A stretch of 64,000 nt of DNA from positions 2,208,001 to 2,272,000 of the forward strand of contig OZ241986.1 in the NCBI GenBank assembly GCA_965204375.1, read 5' to 3'. The position numbers and the translations under genes are program-made. Shown piece by piece: positions 1 through 10,026 of the stretch. Origin of the DNA: Candidatus Latescibacterota bacterium. Lineage in GTDB: Bacteria; Latescibacterota; UBA2968. The notes below the pieces were generated by a model, which saw only the letters and a program-made list of their open reading frames with translations, was not told the DNA's origin and ran no database searches. Numbering within the stretch: the stretch's first letter is position 1; every line of letters starts with the position of its first letter.

Positions 1-20
1 ATTTTCATAACAGCTTAAAA

Positions 21-48
21 ACAGAGCGGCAGGTCTCCACCGCTCTGT
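21..48 (-). terminator. Probable intrinsic terminator hairpin after WG gene
   Basis: ACAGAGCGG..CCGCTCTGT stem; A-run at 17-21 gives a U-tract on the minus strand. Confidence 0.6.
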
Positions 49-62
49 ATATCACACAAAAA

Positions 63-1373
63 TCATTTCGTTTTCCTAAAACTCCTCGCATCGTCAAATT
101 GCGGCTCAATCACGACCTCACCTTTCGCATTGATATATCCATGCTTATCATCAATTTTTAATACGGCCAGACCATTAGAAAGAGTGGAAATATAGAAAGG
201 ATAATCAACTTGCGGCTCAATGACGAACTCACCTTCAGTATTGATATACCCTTTTTTTTTGTCATTTTTTCTTACAAGTGCCAATCCGTTATCAAAAAAA
301 AATGCCAGTTCAAATTGTGGCTCAATTACAATCTTGCCTTCCCGATCAATATACCCCCATTTGTCTCCGACCATTACACGCACCAATCCCTCTGAAAAAT
401 ACCAAGCATTATCAACGTACTCGGTGTTCGTACGTCCATTCGACTCTTGAGAAGAATAGGCATCATAAAATTGTGGCTCAATCACATACTCACCTTTAGC
501 ATCGATATATCCCCACTTACCCATGTAAGATCTCCCAATTTTTACGCCCGCCAATCCCTCTGAAAAATCCTTTGCCTCATCAAACCGAGGTTCAATCACA
601 ACCTCGCCTTTAGCATTGATATACCCATACCTGCCACGGTAGTCCCCGATTCTCACTACCGCCAATCCCTCTGAAAAATCCTTTGCCTCATCAAACCGAG
701 GTTCAATCACAACCTCGCCTTTAGCATTGATATACCCATACCTGCCACGGTAGTCCCCGATTCTCACTACCGCCAATCCCTCTGAAAAATCCTTTGCCTC
801 ATCAAACCGAGGTTCAATCACAACCTCGCCTTTAGCATTGATATACCCATACCTGCCACGGTAGTCCCCGATTCTCACTACCGCCAATCCCTCTGAAAAA
901 TCCTCTGCCGAATCAAATAGTATCTCAATCACAATCTCGCCTTCAGGGTTGATATATCCATACGTGAGATTGCCCTTGCTACCGATACCTACTACTGCCA
1001 ATCCTTCAGAAAAAGAATGTGCATGGTCAAATTGTATCTCGATCGCGACCTCACCTTCTGCGTTGATATACCCCCACTTGTCGCTATCAGAGTCCCCGAT
1101 TCTCGCTACCGCCAATCCCTCTGAAAAAGACCAGGCAGAGTCAAATTTAGGCTCAATCACGACCTCACCTGCTGTGTTTATATACCCCCACTTGTCTCCG
1201 ATTTTTACCGCTGCCAACATCCCCTCCATTGTCACAGTATCCAGTTTTGTCTCAATCCTCACATCATCAGTTTTTAGGGTCCCCCTTTCATCTGATTCTG
1301 GGGCTGACTCTCCCGAATCAGAGCACGAAAACAGAAGGGTTGAGAAAATCAGGATATATAAGATATTGTTCAT
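63..1373 (-). CDS. WG-repeat (KWG-type) lipoprotein, copy 1
   Basis: Many FSEGLAxV..KWGYI..G..VIEPQF repeats; signal MNNILYILIFSTLLFSC with lipobox; GGAGG RBS before ATG at 1373. Confidence 0.9.
   Translation of the reverse strand: MNNILYILIFSTLLFSCSDSGESAPESDERGTLKTDDVRIETKLDTVTMEGMLAAVKIGDKWGYINTAGEVVIEPKFDSAWSFSEGLAVARIGDSDSDKWGYINAEGEVAIEIQFDHAHSFSEGLAVVGIGSKGNLTYGYINPEGEIVIEILFDSAEDFSEGLAVVRIGDYRGRYGYINAKGEVVIEPRFDEAKDFSEGLAVVRIGDYRGRYGYINAKGEVVIEPRFDEAKDFSEGLAVVRIGDYRGRYGYINAKGEVVIEPRFDEAKDFSEGLAGVKIGRSYMGKWGYIDAKGEYVIEPQFYDAYSSQESNGRTNTEYVDNAWYFSEGLVRVMVGDKWGYIDREGKIVIEPQFELAFFFDNGLALVRKNDKKKGYINTEGEFVIEPQVDYPFYISTLSNGLAVLKIDDKHGYINAKGEVVIEPQFDDARSFRKTK
550..904. repeat. Three identical 111-bp tandem units (37 aa each) plus a 22-bp partial unit
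   Basis: Units start at 550, 661, 772 and 883; each encodes FSEGLAVVRIGDYRGRYGYINAKGEVVIEPRFDEAKD. Confidence 0.95.
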
Positions 1374-1502
1374 TGCAACACCTCCCCTTCCCGTGACAGA
1401 ACCTGTCCCCTTCTCGCAACCCAATCAAATACGACATCTTGAGCAACACTACTCTACTGATCTGGGTGAAATCGTCAGCTATTCCAACTATTCTTTTGGT
1501 AA

Positions 1503-3404
1503 TCAAAATTTGATCAACTGAGTCATCCATACAGCTACGGATTTGCCATTGTGTTCGGCAGGCTTGAACTGAAATTGTGATATTGCATCTATCGCCGCTT
1601 GTCGAAATACCTCCGGTCCTATGGTTCTCAAAACCGTCACATCACTCACCGAGCCATCTACATTAACTATGAACTTCAAAAAGACTTTGCCTTTCAAACT
1701 ATCTCTGATTGCCTCCTCGGGATGCACAGGCTTAACAGAGTGCAGAAGCTTGGGTTTTGCTTCAACCATAAAAAATTCGAGGACCTTACCACTGTCAACA
1801 TCAGCAGACGCAGACGACGCGTTCTGTTGCTTTGGTTTGAATTTTTGTTTCTCTTCAATCAATTTTGCCAATGCAACCTCCTCTTGCGTTGGTGCGAATC
1901 CGGAGCTTTGGGAACCCCCGACTAGTTCTACACCATTACCAATCGCAATTGGTGGGATAAAGCTGACCGAATAAAACAACTCTGATGCCAGTTCCAGTTC
2001 TGATCTTTCAAACTTAAACTGTTGCATCATCCATGCAGGCATAGCTTTGCCATCGTGTTTCGCAGGCTTGAACCGCCATTGCGATACCGCTTCTATGACC
2101 GTTTGATGAAATATCTCTGGTCCCTTCAAAATGCGCACATCACTCACTGAGCCATCCACGTTAATTAAAAATCTCAATGACACTGTGCCTTCTACCTGAT
2201 CTCTGATTGCCTTTCCAGGATATACAGGTATAACATCATTTATAAGAACGGCCTTCCTCGAAACCTCGGGTTTTTCCGTGATCTCGATCTTTTCCTCAAC
2301 CTCGGTTAATTCTATAAACTTACGACTATCAGCATTGCCAGAAGCAGGCAATGTACTCTGTTGCCCCGGCATGGGTTCGGACTTTGTCCCATCCTCGACC
2401 AATCCCATAACCTCAAGACCACCTTCATCCTGCGTGTACGCTTCCCGAATAGAAAAAGGTACAATAGCCAGACCAATGAGAATCGGAATTGCCAACTGCC
2501 ATCTGGACCGTTTCACATAGTCTTCCTTGAAATTGAGTACATATTCCAATCGTTTCTTGAGCGCGGTTCCACGCTCATTGAAATACAGCGCACTTAGAGC
2601 CGGGCGTTTGTCAACAAATCCGAACAACAACCGCCCGTATTCAGCAGGCGTCAGATTCGTCTCGCGCAACACTGCCTCGTCACAGCGCAACTCGCGCAAA
2701 AAAGTCAGCCTTCGGTTCAGCAGCCAGACCAGCGGATTGATGCAAAACAGCGCCATCGCAATCCCCTGAAAAATCAGCACCCAGATATCGCGATTATCTC
2801 GATGCGCCAACTCGTGTGCAACGACGCCGCGCAACTCCTCAGACGACCAGGACGACCAATGCGCTGGCAAATACAATCTCGGTTTTACAATACCGACCAG
2901 AAGTGGAGAGCGCAGACTGGCTTTCGCATAAACCTTCAGATCCCGCGCCTCACTCAGCGATCCCGCCTCCCTCGCCAGATCAACAGGCACTGCCGAACAG
3001 AGCGCGCGGTGAAACGCCGCATTCTTCCACAACGTCACGCCAGCCCATACCAGAACCGAAACCCCCCACAGACAAAACAGATAAAACGCCAGTGAAGGAG
3101 GTGGCTCAGGTACAACAACCTTATAGACCACATTATAATAAACAGGATCGACAGAAATATCTTCCAGCACACCATAAGAAGGAGCGGGGTACAAAAACGT
3201 CAAAAACTCTGGCAGCGGAATGGCGTAAAAAGGCGGCACAAACACCTTCGCCAACGCCAACAAATAGAGGACATATCGCAACCGCGTATCCAGCGTCATC
3301 CAGCGATCCACTGCCCACACCAGCAAAATGAACAGCGATACCTCGACAAAATGCACAGCATAAAGCGGCCACCACGCCTCGGCCAAATAGATCAACAAAT
3401 TCAT
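1503..3404 (-). CDS. BlaR1/MecR1-type M56 metallopeptidase with two TonB C-terminal domains
   Basis: N-terminal TM helices, HELAH zinc motif, ELRCDE; two YP/HP..G.V.L.F.VN.DGSV..V..L units. Confidence 0.9.
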   Translation of the reverse strand: MNLLIYLAEAWWPLYAVHFVEVSLFILLVWAVDRWMTLDTRLRYVLYLLALAKVFVPPFYAIPLPEFLTFLYPAPSYGVLEDISVDPVYYNVVYKVVVPEPPPSLAFYLFCLWGVSVLVWAGVTLWKNAAFHRALCSAVPVDLAREAGSLSEARDLKVYAKASLRSPLLVGIVKPRLYLPAHWSSWSSEELRGVVAHELAHRDNRDIWVLIFQGIAMALFCINPLVWLLNRRLTFLRELRCDEAVLRETNLTPAEYGRLLFGFVDKRPALSALYFNERGTALKKRLEYVLNFKEDYVKRSRWQLAIPILIGLAIVPFSIREAYTQDEGGLEVMGLVEDGTKSEPMPGQQSTLPASGNADSRKFIELTEVEEKIEITEKPEVSRKAVLINDVIPVYPGKAIRDQVEGTVSLRFLINVDGSVSDVRILKGPEIFHQTVIEAVSQWRFKPAKHDGKAMPAWMMQQFKFERSELELASELFYSVSFIPPIAIGNGVELVGGSQSSGFAPTQEEVALAKLIEEKQKFKPKQQNASSASADVDSGKVLEFFMVEAKPKLLHSVKPVHPEEAIRDSLKGKVFLKFIVNVDGSVSDVTVLRTIGPEVFRQAAIDAISQFQFKPAEHNGKSVAVWMTQLIKF

Positions 3405-3790
3405 TACGCGCCTCCTTTCTCCCTCGCCTCAATCAGCGCGCGCAACTCATCTAACTCTTTTTGTGAAAGCTCACCAGAATCCACGAGATACGTTGCCAGT
3501 GCTCCAAAGGATCCCTCAAACATGCGAGACACCAGCGTGCGCGTCTCGTCCTGCGCCGCATCTTCTCGCGACAAAGCCGATTTGTACACATTCACCGGAC
3601 CGATCTTCTGCCGATTGAGCACACCCTTTTCAAACAGAATATTCATAATCGTCTGCACCGTCGTATAAGCCTTCTCGCCATTGGGATACAGGTAATCGAC
3701 AACATCGCGCACCGTAACCTGACGGTTGAGATGCCACACGCCATCCATCACTTCCCACTCGGCCTCAGATAGCCGTTTCTTCGCGGCCAT
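3404..3790 (-). CDS. BlaI/MecI/CopY family repressor, copy 1
   Basis: LSEAEWEVM..VW, AYTTVQTIMNILFEKG; 1-bp overlap with the M56 gene. Confidence 0.93.
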   Translation of the reverse strand: MAAKKRLSEAEWEVMDGVWHLNRQVTVRDVVDYLYPNGEKAYTTVQTIMNILFEKGVLNRQKIGPVNVYKSALSREDAAQDETRTLVSRMFEGSFGALATYLVDSGELSQKELDELRALIEAREKGGA

Positions 3791-3807
3791 AAGACCCTCC
3801 TTGAAAT

Positions 3808-3854
3808 TATTACTAATTTTTTAGTAATATGACGAACCAATTAGGAGAAGTCAA
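3808..3854 (-). promoter_or_regulatory. sigma70-type promoter with overlapping palindromic operator
   Basis: TTGACT-17-CATATT on minus; TATTACTAA-TTTT-TTAGTAATA palindrome at 3808-3829. Confidence 0.7.
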
Positions 3855-3950
3855 GCAAAAATCTCATTTTTTAAACAAAAAAAAGAGCGGCAGATGTCCA
3901 TCACTCTGTTACGCGACTAATCGGCCATCTTTTTTTCCTGCCTTCCTCGC

Positions 3951-5768
3951 TCAACCACCATCATCCAAACGCCTGGGCGGAGACACCAGAGCCATACCCC
4001 GGACATAAGCCCAATGCCGAGCGGCTTTGGCGAGTTTGGAATTTCCAGACGCGAGCATCGCGCTGGCCATGCGCTCATCGCCTTCGTGCTCCAGAGCCTG
4101 AACAAGAGCAGAAGTTGCAAATGCGGAATACTCGCGAATAAAAAATGGGTGCGCCGCTGCAATAACATCCAGTTCGCGTTCTCGCAAAGCGCGTTTTAAG
4201 ACCTCGACAACTCGATCGCCACCGATCTCAGAAAGCCTCAGAGCCGCCGCAATGCGTTCCACCCCCTTGCCATTCTCAAATGCTGAAATCCACGCATCTA
4301 CTTTCTCCCGTACATCGCGCCTGTTGCGCCAATCCGGCTCAATATCCCGAAGTGCTCTCACCGCCATCTGCACATTCGCCCCCTTGCCCAGCATTTCCAC
4401 CAGCACAGGTACCACACGCGCATCCCTCAATGTGACAAGTGTCCACGCTGCAGACCAGCGCACAAAAACCGAGCTATCATTTAACGCTTGCGCCAGAGCA
4501 TCCGCCGATCGCAGATCGCCTATTTGTCCCAAAGAGTGTATAGCGGAGCTTCGGACCTGTATCCCTGGATGGTCCAGTAAGCGGATCAAAGTATCTATTC
4601 CTCGCCTGTCATTTAGGGCACCCAGAGCGCGGGCAATTGCCCCCATCAATTCATCTCCAGATCGCCCCTGTAAATGCATCTCCCGATCCACGACTGAGAC
4701 CAGCATATCAACAGCACTCGTATCGCGCAATGCGCCCAATGCTCGCGCCGCTGCTGCGCGAACATACCTATCTTCTCCCACAACTACGCGCCTTAATACA
4801 CCTGCCGCGCGCTTATCTCTCATTTTGCCCAGCGACTGAATGGCTTGCCGACGCACATCGCGATTTCGATCTTCTATTGCGCCAAGCAATGCCTGCACTG
4901 CCCGCTGATCTTTTAAATCGCCCAAAAAACGCGCAGCGACCTGTCGCTCTTTGTCATTACCCACCGTCATCCAGCGGCACCAGTGCATCACTACCTCTTC
5001 TGCCCAATCTTTCTCTCGCCAGTTGGGGACAACCGCGTTGAGCCCCTCCAATGCGCGAAACCGAACAATTGTCCGGTCATCGCCCAGTACATCATCTTGC
5101 ATCAAATCGCGCCGAAATCTCCCCACAGCCATCTCGATCTCTGGCCGCGTACGCCAATTTTTATCAAGCTGCGCCAGAGCAAACAGGACAGTCTGGCGCA
5201 TCTCCTCATCGCCCAACAAATTTGCCAAAGGGCCAATCGCCTGAGGCGCCCCAATGCGTCCCAAAGCCACTGCTGAAACCCATCGCACCTGGGACCTGTC
5301 ACTTTGCGTTTGCGAACACAGGACAGCGACCGCTGTCGAATCCCCGATCTGCCCCAACGCATCTATCGCCGCCAATCGCAATACAGGCACCTCCTTTTGC
5401 ACAACAGCGACCAATGCATCCACCGCCGTCGAATCTCCAACCTGACCCAGCGCATCTATCGCCGCCAATGCCAGAGCCGCCCGCTTGTCCTGCAAAAAAG
5501 GAATGAGCACCTCAGTCGCCCGCTTATCTTTCAGCATACTCAGCGCATCAATCGCCGCCAATCGCACCCGCGCTTTTTCATCTTTCAACGCCCGAATCAA
5601 ATGCGGTACAGCATCCAACTGACCACTCTCCCCCAACTTCTCAACCCCATATACCCGCACATCGACATCCACATGGCGCGACTGACGCACATATTCGTCA
5701 ATACCCCGAGAGCAACCGCCCAACACAAGCGCGAAAATCAGCCAAATGTATAACTTTCTCTTTTCCAT
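3951..5768 (-). CDS. HEAT/PBS-lyase-repeat lipoprotein
   Basis: Repeated VRxAAxxALGxIGD..AV..L units; LVLGGC lipobox. Confidence 0.88.
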   Translation of the reverse strand: MEKRKLYIWLIFALVLGGCSRGIDEYVRQSRHVDVDVRVYGVEKLGESGQLDAVPHLIRALKDEKARVRLAAIDALSMLKDKRATEVLIPFLQDKRAALALAAIDALGQVGDSTAVDALVAVVQKEVPVLRLAAIDALGQIGDSTAVAVLCSQTQSDRSQVRWVSAVALGRIGAPQAIGPLANLLGDEEMRQTVLFALAQLDKNWRTRPEIEMAVGRFRRDLMQDDVLGDDRTIVRFRALEGLNAVVPNWREKDWAEEVVMHWCRWMTVGNDKERQVAARFLGDLKDQRAVQALLGAIEDRNRDVRRQAIQSLGKMRDKRAAGVLRRVVVGEDRYVRAAAARALGALRDTSAVDMLVSVVDREMHLQGRSGDELMGAIARALGALNDRRGIDTLIRLLDHPGIQVRSSAIHSLGQIGDLRSADALAQALNDSSVFVRWSAAWTLVTLRDARVVPVLVEMLGKGANVQMAVRALRDIEPDWRNRRDVREKVDAWISAFENGKGVERIAAALRLSEIGGDRVVEVLKRALRERELDVIAAAHPFFIREYSAFATSALVQALEHEGDERMASAMLASGNSKLAKAARHWAYVRGMALVSPPRRLDDGG

Positions 5769-5890
5769 CTATTATCCCTAATTCAGACCCCCCAAAATAT
5801 GCATTCCGGGGGGCATCTCTTTAGTGATCTTTGTAAACATCTTTCTCCTGAGCATAATTTATGACACATACCCAATATCGCACACAAAAA

Positions 5891-6991
5891 TTATTTCGTT
5901 TTTGCAAATCTCCCTGCACCATCAAATTGCGGCTCAATCACGACTTCACCTTTCGCATTGATATATCCATGCTTATCATCAATTTTTAATACGGCCAGAC
6001 CATTAGAAAGAGTGGAAATATAGAAAGGAGAATCAACTTGCGGCTCAATGACGAACTCTCCTTTAGTATTGATATACCCTTTTTTATCATTTCTTTTTGC
6101 AAGTGCCAATCCGTTACTAAAAGAATATGCCTTATCAAATTGTGGCTCGATCACAATCTTGCCTTCCCGATCAATATACCCCCACTTGTCTCCGATCATT
6201 ACATGCGCCAACCCCTCAGAAAAAGCATTCGCCTTATCAAATTGTGGCTTGATCGCGATCTTACCTCTCCCATCAATATATCCCCACCTGTCTCCGACTT
6301 GTACTGCCGCCAAGCCTTCGGAAAAAAGCCCAACAAAGTCAAATTGCGGCTCGATCTTGATCTCGCCTACTACGTTGATATATACCCACTTGCCCTTGAA
6401 GAAATTCCCGATTTTTACTACCGCCAACCCTCCAGAAAAAGGAAATGCCAGGTCAAATTGCGGCTCGATTACAACCTCGCCTGCTGCGTTGATATATCCA
6501 TACTTGCCTTTGGTGAAATCCCCGATTTTTACTATCCCCAACCCTTCAGAAAAAGAATACGCCTTATCAAATTGCGGCTTGATCACGAACTCACCTGCTG
6601 CGTTGATATATCCCCACTTGCCACTGATTAAACCTCCGATTCTTACTACCGCCAACCCCTCAGAAAAAGAATGCGCTTCGCCAAATTGTGGCTCAATCAC
6701 GACCTCGCCTGCTACGTTGATATATCCATACTTACCCCTATCAGAGTCCCCGATTCTCACTACCGCCAACCCCTCAGAAAAACGCCGAGCAGAGTCAAAT
6801 TGTGCCTCAATCACAACCTCACTGGCAACGTTGATATATCCCCATTTGTCTCCGATCTTTACTGCCGCCAACTTTTCAGTATCCAGTTTTGTCTCAGACT
6901 TCTCCACGGTTTCCACTGGAGACAACTTTCCCGAATCAGAGCAGGAAAACAGAAGTGTTGAGAAAATCAGGATGTATAAAATATTGTTCAT
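5891..6991 (-). CDS. WG-repeat lipoprotein, copy 2
   Basis: Same signal peptide and near-identical C-terminus as copy 1; WG repeats. Confidence 0.9.
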   Translation of the reverse strand: MNNILYILIFSTLLFSCSDSGKLSPVETVEKSETKLDTEKLAAVKIGDKWGYINVASEVVIEAQFDSARRFSEGLAVVRIGDSDRGKYGYINVAGEVVIEPQFGEAHSFSEGLAVVRIGGLISGKWGYINAAGEFVIKPQFDKAYSFSEGLGIVKIGDFTKGKYGYINAAGEVVIEPQFDLAFPFSGGLAVVKIGNFFKGKWVYINVVGEIKIEPQFDFVGLFSEGLAAVQVGDRWGYIDGRGKIAIKPQFDKANAFSEGLAHVMIGDKWGYIDREGKIVIEPQFDKAYSFSNGLALAKRNDKKGYINTKGEFVIEPQVDSPFYISTLSNGLAVLKIDDKHGYINAKGEVVIEPQFDGAGRFAKTK

Positions 6992-7106
6992 TGCAACACC
7001 TCCCTTTTTCGTGATAGAACCTGTTCCTGTCTCACAACCCAATTAAATACGACACTTCGAGCAGCACTGCTCGTCTGATCTGGGTGAAAATCGTCAGATG
7101 TTCCAA

Positions 7107-9554
7107 CTATTCCAATCGAAACGTGACCGGCTGAGTCATCCATACAGCGATGGGTTTGCCATCGTGTTCTGCGGGCTCGAACCGATATTGCGATATCGCA
7201 TCTATCGCCGCCTGATGAAACACCTCCGGGCCTTTCAAAACACGCACATCGCCCACCGAACCATCCACATTGACCATAAACTTCAAAAACACTATGACCC
7301 TTGGTGGATACACAGGCTTAACAGATTGCAAAAGTTTGGGTTTTACTTCAGCCATAAAAAATTCGAGGGTTTCACTACTATCAGCATCGACAGACGCAGG
7401 AGGCGTGGTCGGTTGCTTTGGCAATCGAAACGTGACCGGCTGAGTCATCCATACAGCGACGGGTTTGCCATTGTGTTCCGCGGGCTTGAACCGATATTGC
7501 GATATCGCGTCTATTGCTGCCTTTTGAAATACCTCCGACCCTGTGGTTCTCAAAACCTTCACATCGCTCACCGAGCCATCCACATTAACTATAAACTTCA
7601 AAAACACTTTGCCTTCCAAACTATCTCTGAGAGCCTCCTCCGGATGCACCAGTTTAACAGAGTGTAGGACCTTGGGCTTTACCTCAACCATATAAAATTC
7701 GAGAACCTTACCACTGTCAGCATCGCCAGATGCAGGCGACGTGGTCGGTTGCTCCTTAGAATCTAATGAAAATTCAATTGGCATAATCATCCGCACGGGC
7801 ACAGCTTTGCCATTGTGCTTCGCAGGTCTGAACCGATATTGCAATGCCGCATCTATCACCGCCTGATGAAATACCTCGGGTCCTTCCAAAACGCGTACAT
7901 CACTTACCGAGCCATCCACATTAACCACAACCTGCAAAGTCACTTTACCTTCTATTTTTTTCTTCTTTGCCTCTTCGGGATAAACTGGTGTAACAATATC
8001 CATGGGATGAGGTTCTACTTCAACCTCGCCATATTCGAGGACGTCAACTCGCCTCCCGGAGCGAAGTACATATTTGTCAATTTTCTGTACAACTTCCTGT
8101 ACATCGACCTTATCTACAATTTCTTTTACGTCGAACTTGTCATTTAACAATTGAAACGTGATCGGCTGGGTCATCCATACAGGCACAACTTTGCCATTGT
8201 GCTCCGCGGGCTTGAACCGAAATTGCAATATCGCGCCTATCGCCGCGTGATGAAATAGCATTGATACCTTTCGTCTCAGCAAAAAGCTCATATCGCTCCC
8301 AGAACTATCTGCATAGACTGCTGTTCTCAAAACCTTCACATCCCCCACCGAGCCATCTGCATTGACCATAAATTTCAAAAAGACTTTGCCTTGCAACTTC
8401 TCCTTTCTCGCCATTTCGGGATACACTGGCGAAACGCCGTGTATAGGGATAGGCTCTGTGTCAACTTGGTCAGATTGCATAACTTCACTACTATCTGCAT
8501 CAACAGACACAGGCGGCGTGGTCTGTTGCTCTGGTGTGGGTTCGGGCTTTTTCTCATTCTCGACCAATTCCATAACCTCAAGGTCGCCTTCATCCTGCGT
8601 GTACGCCTCTCGAATAGAAAAAGGCACAATCGCCAGACCAATAAGAATGGGAATTGCCAACTGCCATCTGGACCGTTTCACATAGTCTTCCTTGAAATTG
8701 AGTACATATTCCAATCGTTTCTTGAGCGCGGTTCCACGCTCATTGAAATACAGAGCGCTCAGAGCAGGGCGTCTGTCAACAAAACCGAACAACAGCCGTC
8801 CGTATTCAGCAGGCGTCAGATTCGTCTCGCGCAACACCACCTCATCACAGCGCAACTCGCGCAAAAATGTCAGCCTTCGGTTCAGCAACCAGACCAGCGG
8901 ATTGATGCAAAACAGCGCCATTGCAATCCCCTGAAAAATCAGCACCCAGATATCGCGATTATCCCGATGCGCCAACTCGTGCGCAACAACGCCGCGCAAC
9001 TCTTCGGGCGACCAGGACGACCAATGCGCTGGCAAATACAATCTCGGTTTTACAATACCCACCAAAAGCGGAGAGCGCAGACTGGCTTTCGCATAAACTT
9101 TTATATCCTGCGCACCGGCCAGCGATCCCATCTCCCTCTCAAGATCAACAGGCACTGCCGAACAGAGCGCGCGGTGAAACGCCGCATTCTTCCACAACGT
9201 CACACCCGCCCATACCAGAACCGAAATAGTCCACAAACAAAACAGATAAAACGCCAGAGGAAGAGGTGAGACTTGCACAGGCGCAACAACCTTATCTCCA
9301 AGAATTACATCGGTATAAACCGGTCCAAGCGGCACATCATCGGATACCGTCAAAAACTCTGGCAGCGGAATGGCGTAAAAAGGCGGCACAAACACCTTCG
9401 CCAACGCCAACAAATAGAGGACATACCGCAACCGCGTATCCAGCCTCATCCAGCGATCCACTGCCCATACCAGCAAAATGAACAGCGATACCTCGACAAA
9501 ATGCACCGCATAAAGCGGCCACCACGCCTCGGCCAAATAGATCAACAAATTCAT
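7107..9554 (-). CDS. M56 metallopeptidase with four TonB C-terminal domains
   Basis: HELAH; M56 part near-identical to 1503..3404; four TonB_C units, the last internally shortened. Confidence 0.9.
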   Translation of the reverse strand: MNLLIYLAEAWWPLYAVHFVEVSLFILLVWAVDRWMRLDTRLRYVLYLLALAKVFVPPFYAIPLPEFLTVSDDVPLGPVYTDVILGDKVVAPVQVSPLPLAFYLFCLWTISVLVWAGVTLWKNAAFHRALCSAVPVDLEREMGSLAGAQDIKVYAKASLRSPLLVGIVKPRLYLPAHWSSWSPEELRGVVAHELAHRDNRDIWVLIFQGIAMALFCINPLVWLLNRRLTFLRELRCDEVVLRETNLTPAEYGRLLFGFVDRRPALSALYFNERGTALKKRLEYVLNFKEDYVKRSRWQLAIPILIGLAIVPFSIREAYTQDEGDLEVMELVENEKKPEPTPEQQTTPPVSVDADSSEVMQSDQVDTEPIPIHGVSPVYPEMARKEKLQGKVFLKFMVNADGSVGDVKVLRTAVYADSSGSDMSFLLRRKVSMLFHHAAIGAILQFRFKPAEHNGKVVPVWMTQPITFQLLNDKFDVKEIVDKVDVQEVVQKIDKYVLRSGRRVDVLEYGEVEVEPHPMDIVTPVYPEEAKKKKIEGKVTLQVVVNVDGSVSDVRVLEGPEVFHQAVIDAALQYRFRPAKHNGKAVPVRMIMPIEFSLDSKEQPTTSPASGDADSGKVLEFYMVEVKPKVLHSVKLVHPEEALRDSLEGKVFLKFIVNVDGSVSDVKVLRTTGSEVFQKAAIDAISQYRFKPAEHNGKPVAVWMTQPVTFRLPKQPTTPPASVDADSSETLEFFMAEVKPKLLQSVKPVYPPRVIVFLKFMVNVDGSVGDVRVLKGPEVFHQAAIDAISQYRFEPAEHDGKPIAVWMTQPVTFRLE

Positions 9555-9940
9555 TACGCGCCTCCTTTCTCCCTCGCCTCAATCAGCGCGCGCAACTCAT
9601 CCAATTCTTTCCCAGAAAGCTCACCCGAATCCACGAGATACGTTGCCAGCGCTCCAAAAGACCCTTCGAACATGCGAGACACCAGCGTGCGCGTCTCGTC
9701 CTGCGCCGCATCTTCTCGAGACAGAGCCGATTTGTACACATTCACCGGACCGATCTTCTGCCGATTGAGCACACCTTTTTCAAACAGAATATTCATAATC
9801 GTCTGCACCGTCGTATAAGCCTTCTCGCCATTGGGATACAGGTAATCGACAACATCGCGCACCGTAACCTGGCGGTCGAGATGCCAAACGCCATCCATCA
9901 CTTCCCATTCAGCTTCAGATAGTCGTTTCTTCACAGCCAT
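9554..9940 (-). CDS. BlaI/MecI/CopY family repressor, copy 2
   Basis: 128 aa, differs from copy 1 at only a few residues. Confidence 0.93.
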   Translation of the reverse strand: MAVKKRLSEAEWEVMDGVWHLDRQVTVRDVVDYLYPNGEKAYTTVQTIMNILFEKGVLNRQKIGPVNVYKSALSREDAAQDETRTLVSRMFEGSFGALATYLVDSGELSGKELDELRALIEAREKGGA

Positions 9941-9956
9941 AAGACCCTCCTTGAAA

Positions 9957-10004
9957 ATATTACTAATTTTTTAGTAATATGACGAACCAATTAGGAGAAG
10001 TCAA
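9957..10004 (-). promoter_or_regulatory. Promoter/operator, copy 2
   Basis: ATATTACTAA-TTTT-TTAGTAATAT at 9957-9980; same TTGACT-17-CATATT. Confidence 0.7.
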
Positions 10005-10026
10005 GCAAAAATCTCATTTTTTAAAC

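Noticed and set aside
550-904. CRISPR array or DGR template/variable repeats
   Set aside because: Repeats are contiguous in-frame coding units with no spacers, no cas or RT gene, and no adenine-specific mismatches
6048-9269. Long plus-strand ORFs (6048..7046, 8391..9269 and similar)
   Set aside because: Antisense shadows of well-supported minus-strand genes, with no motifs
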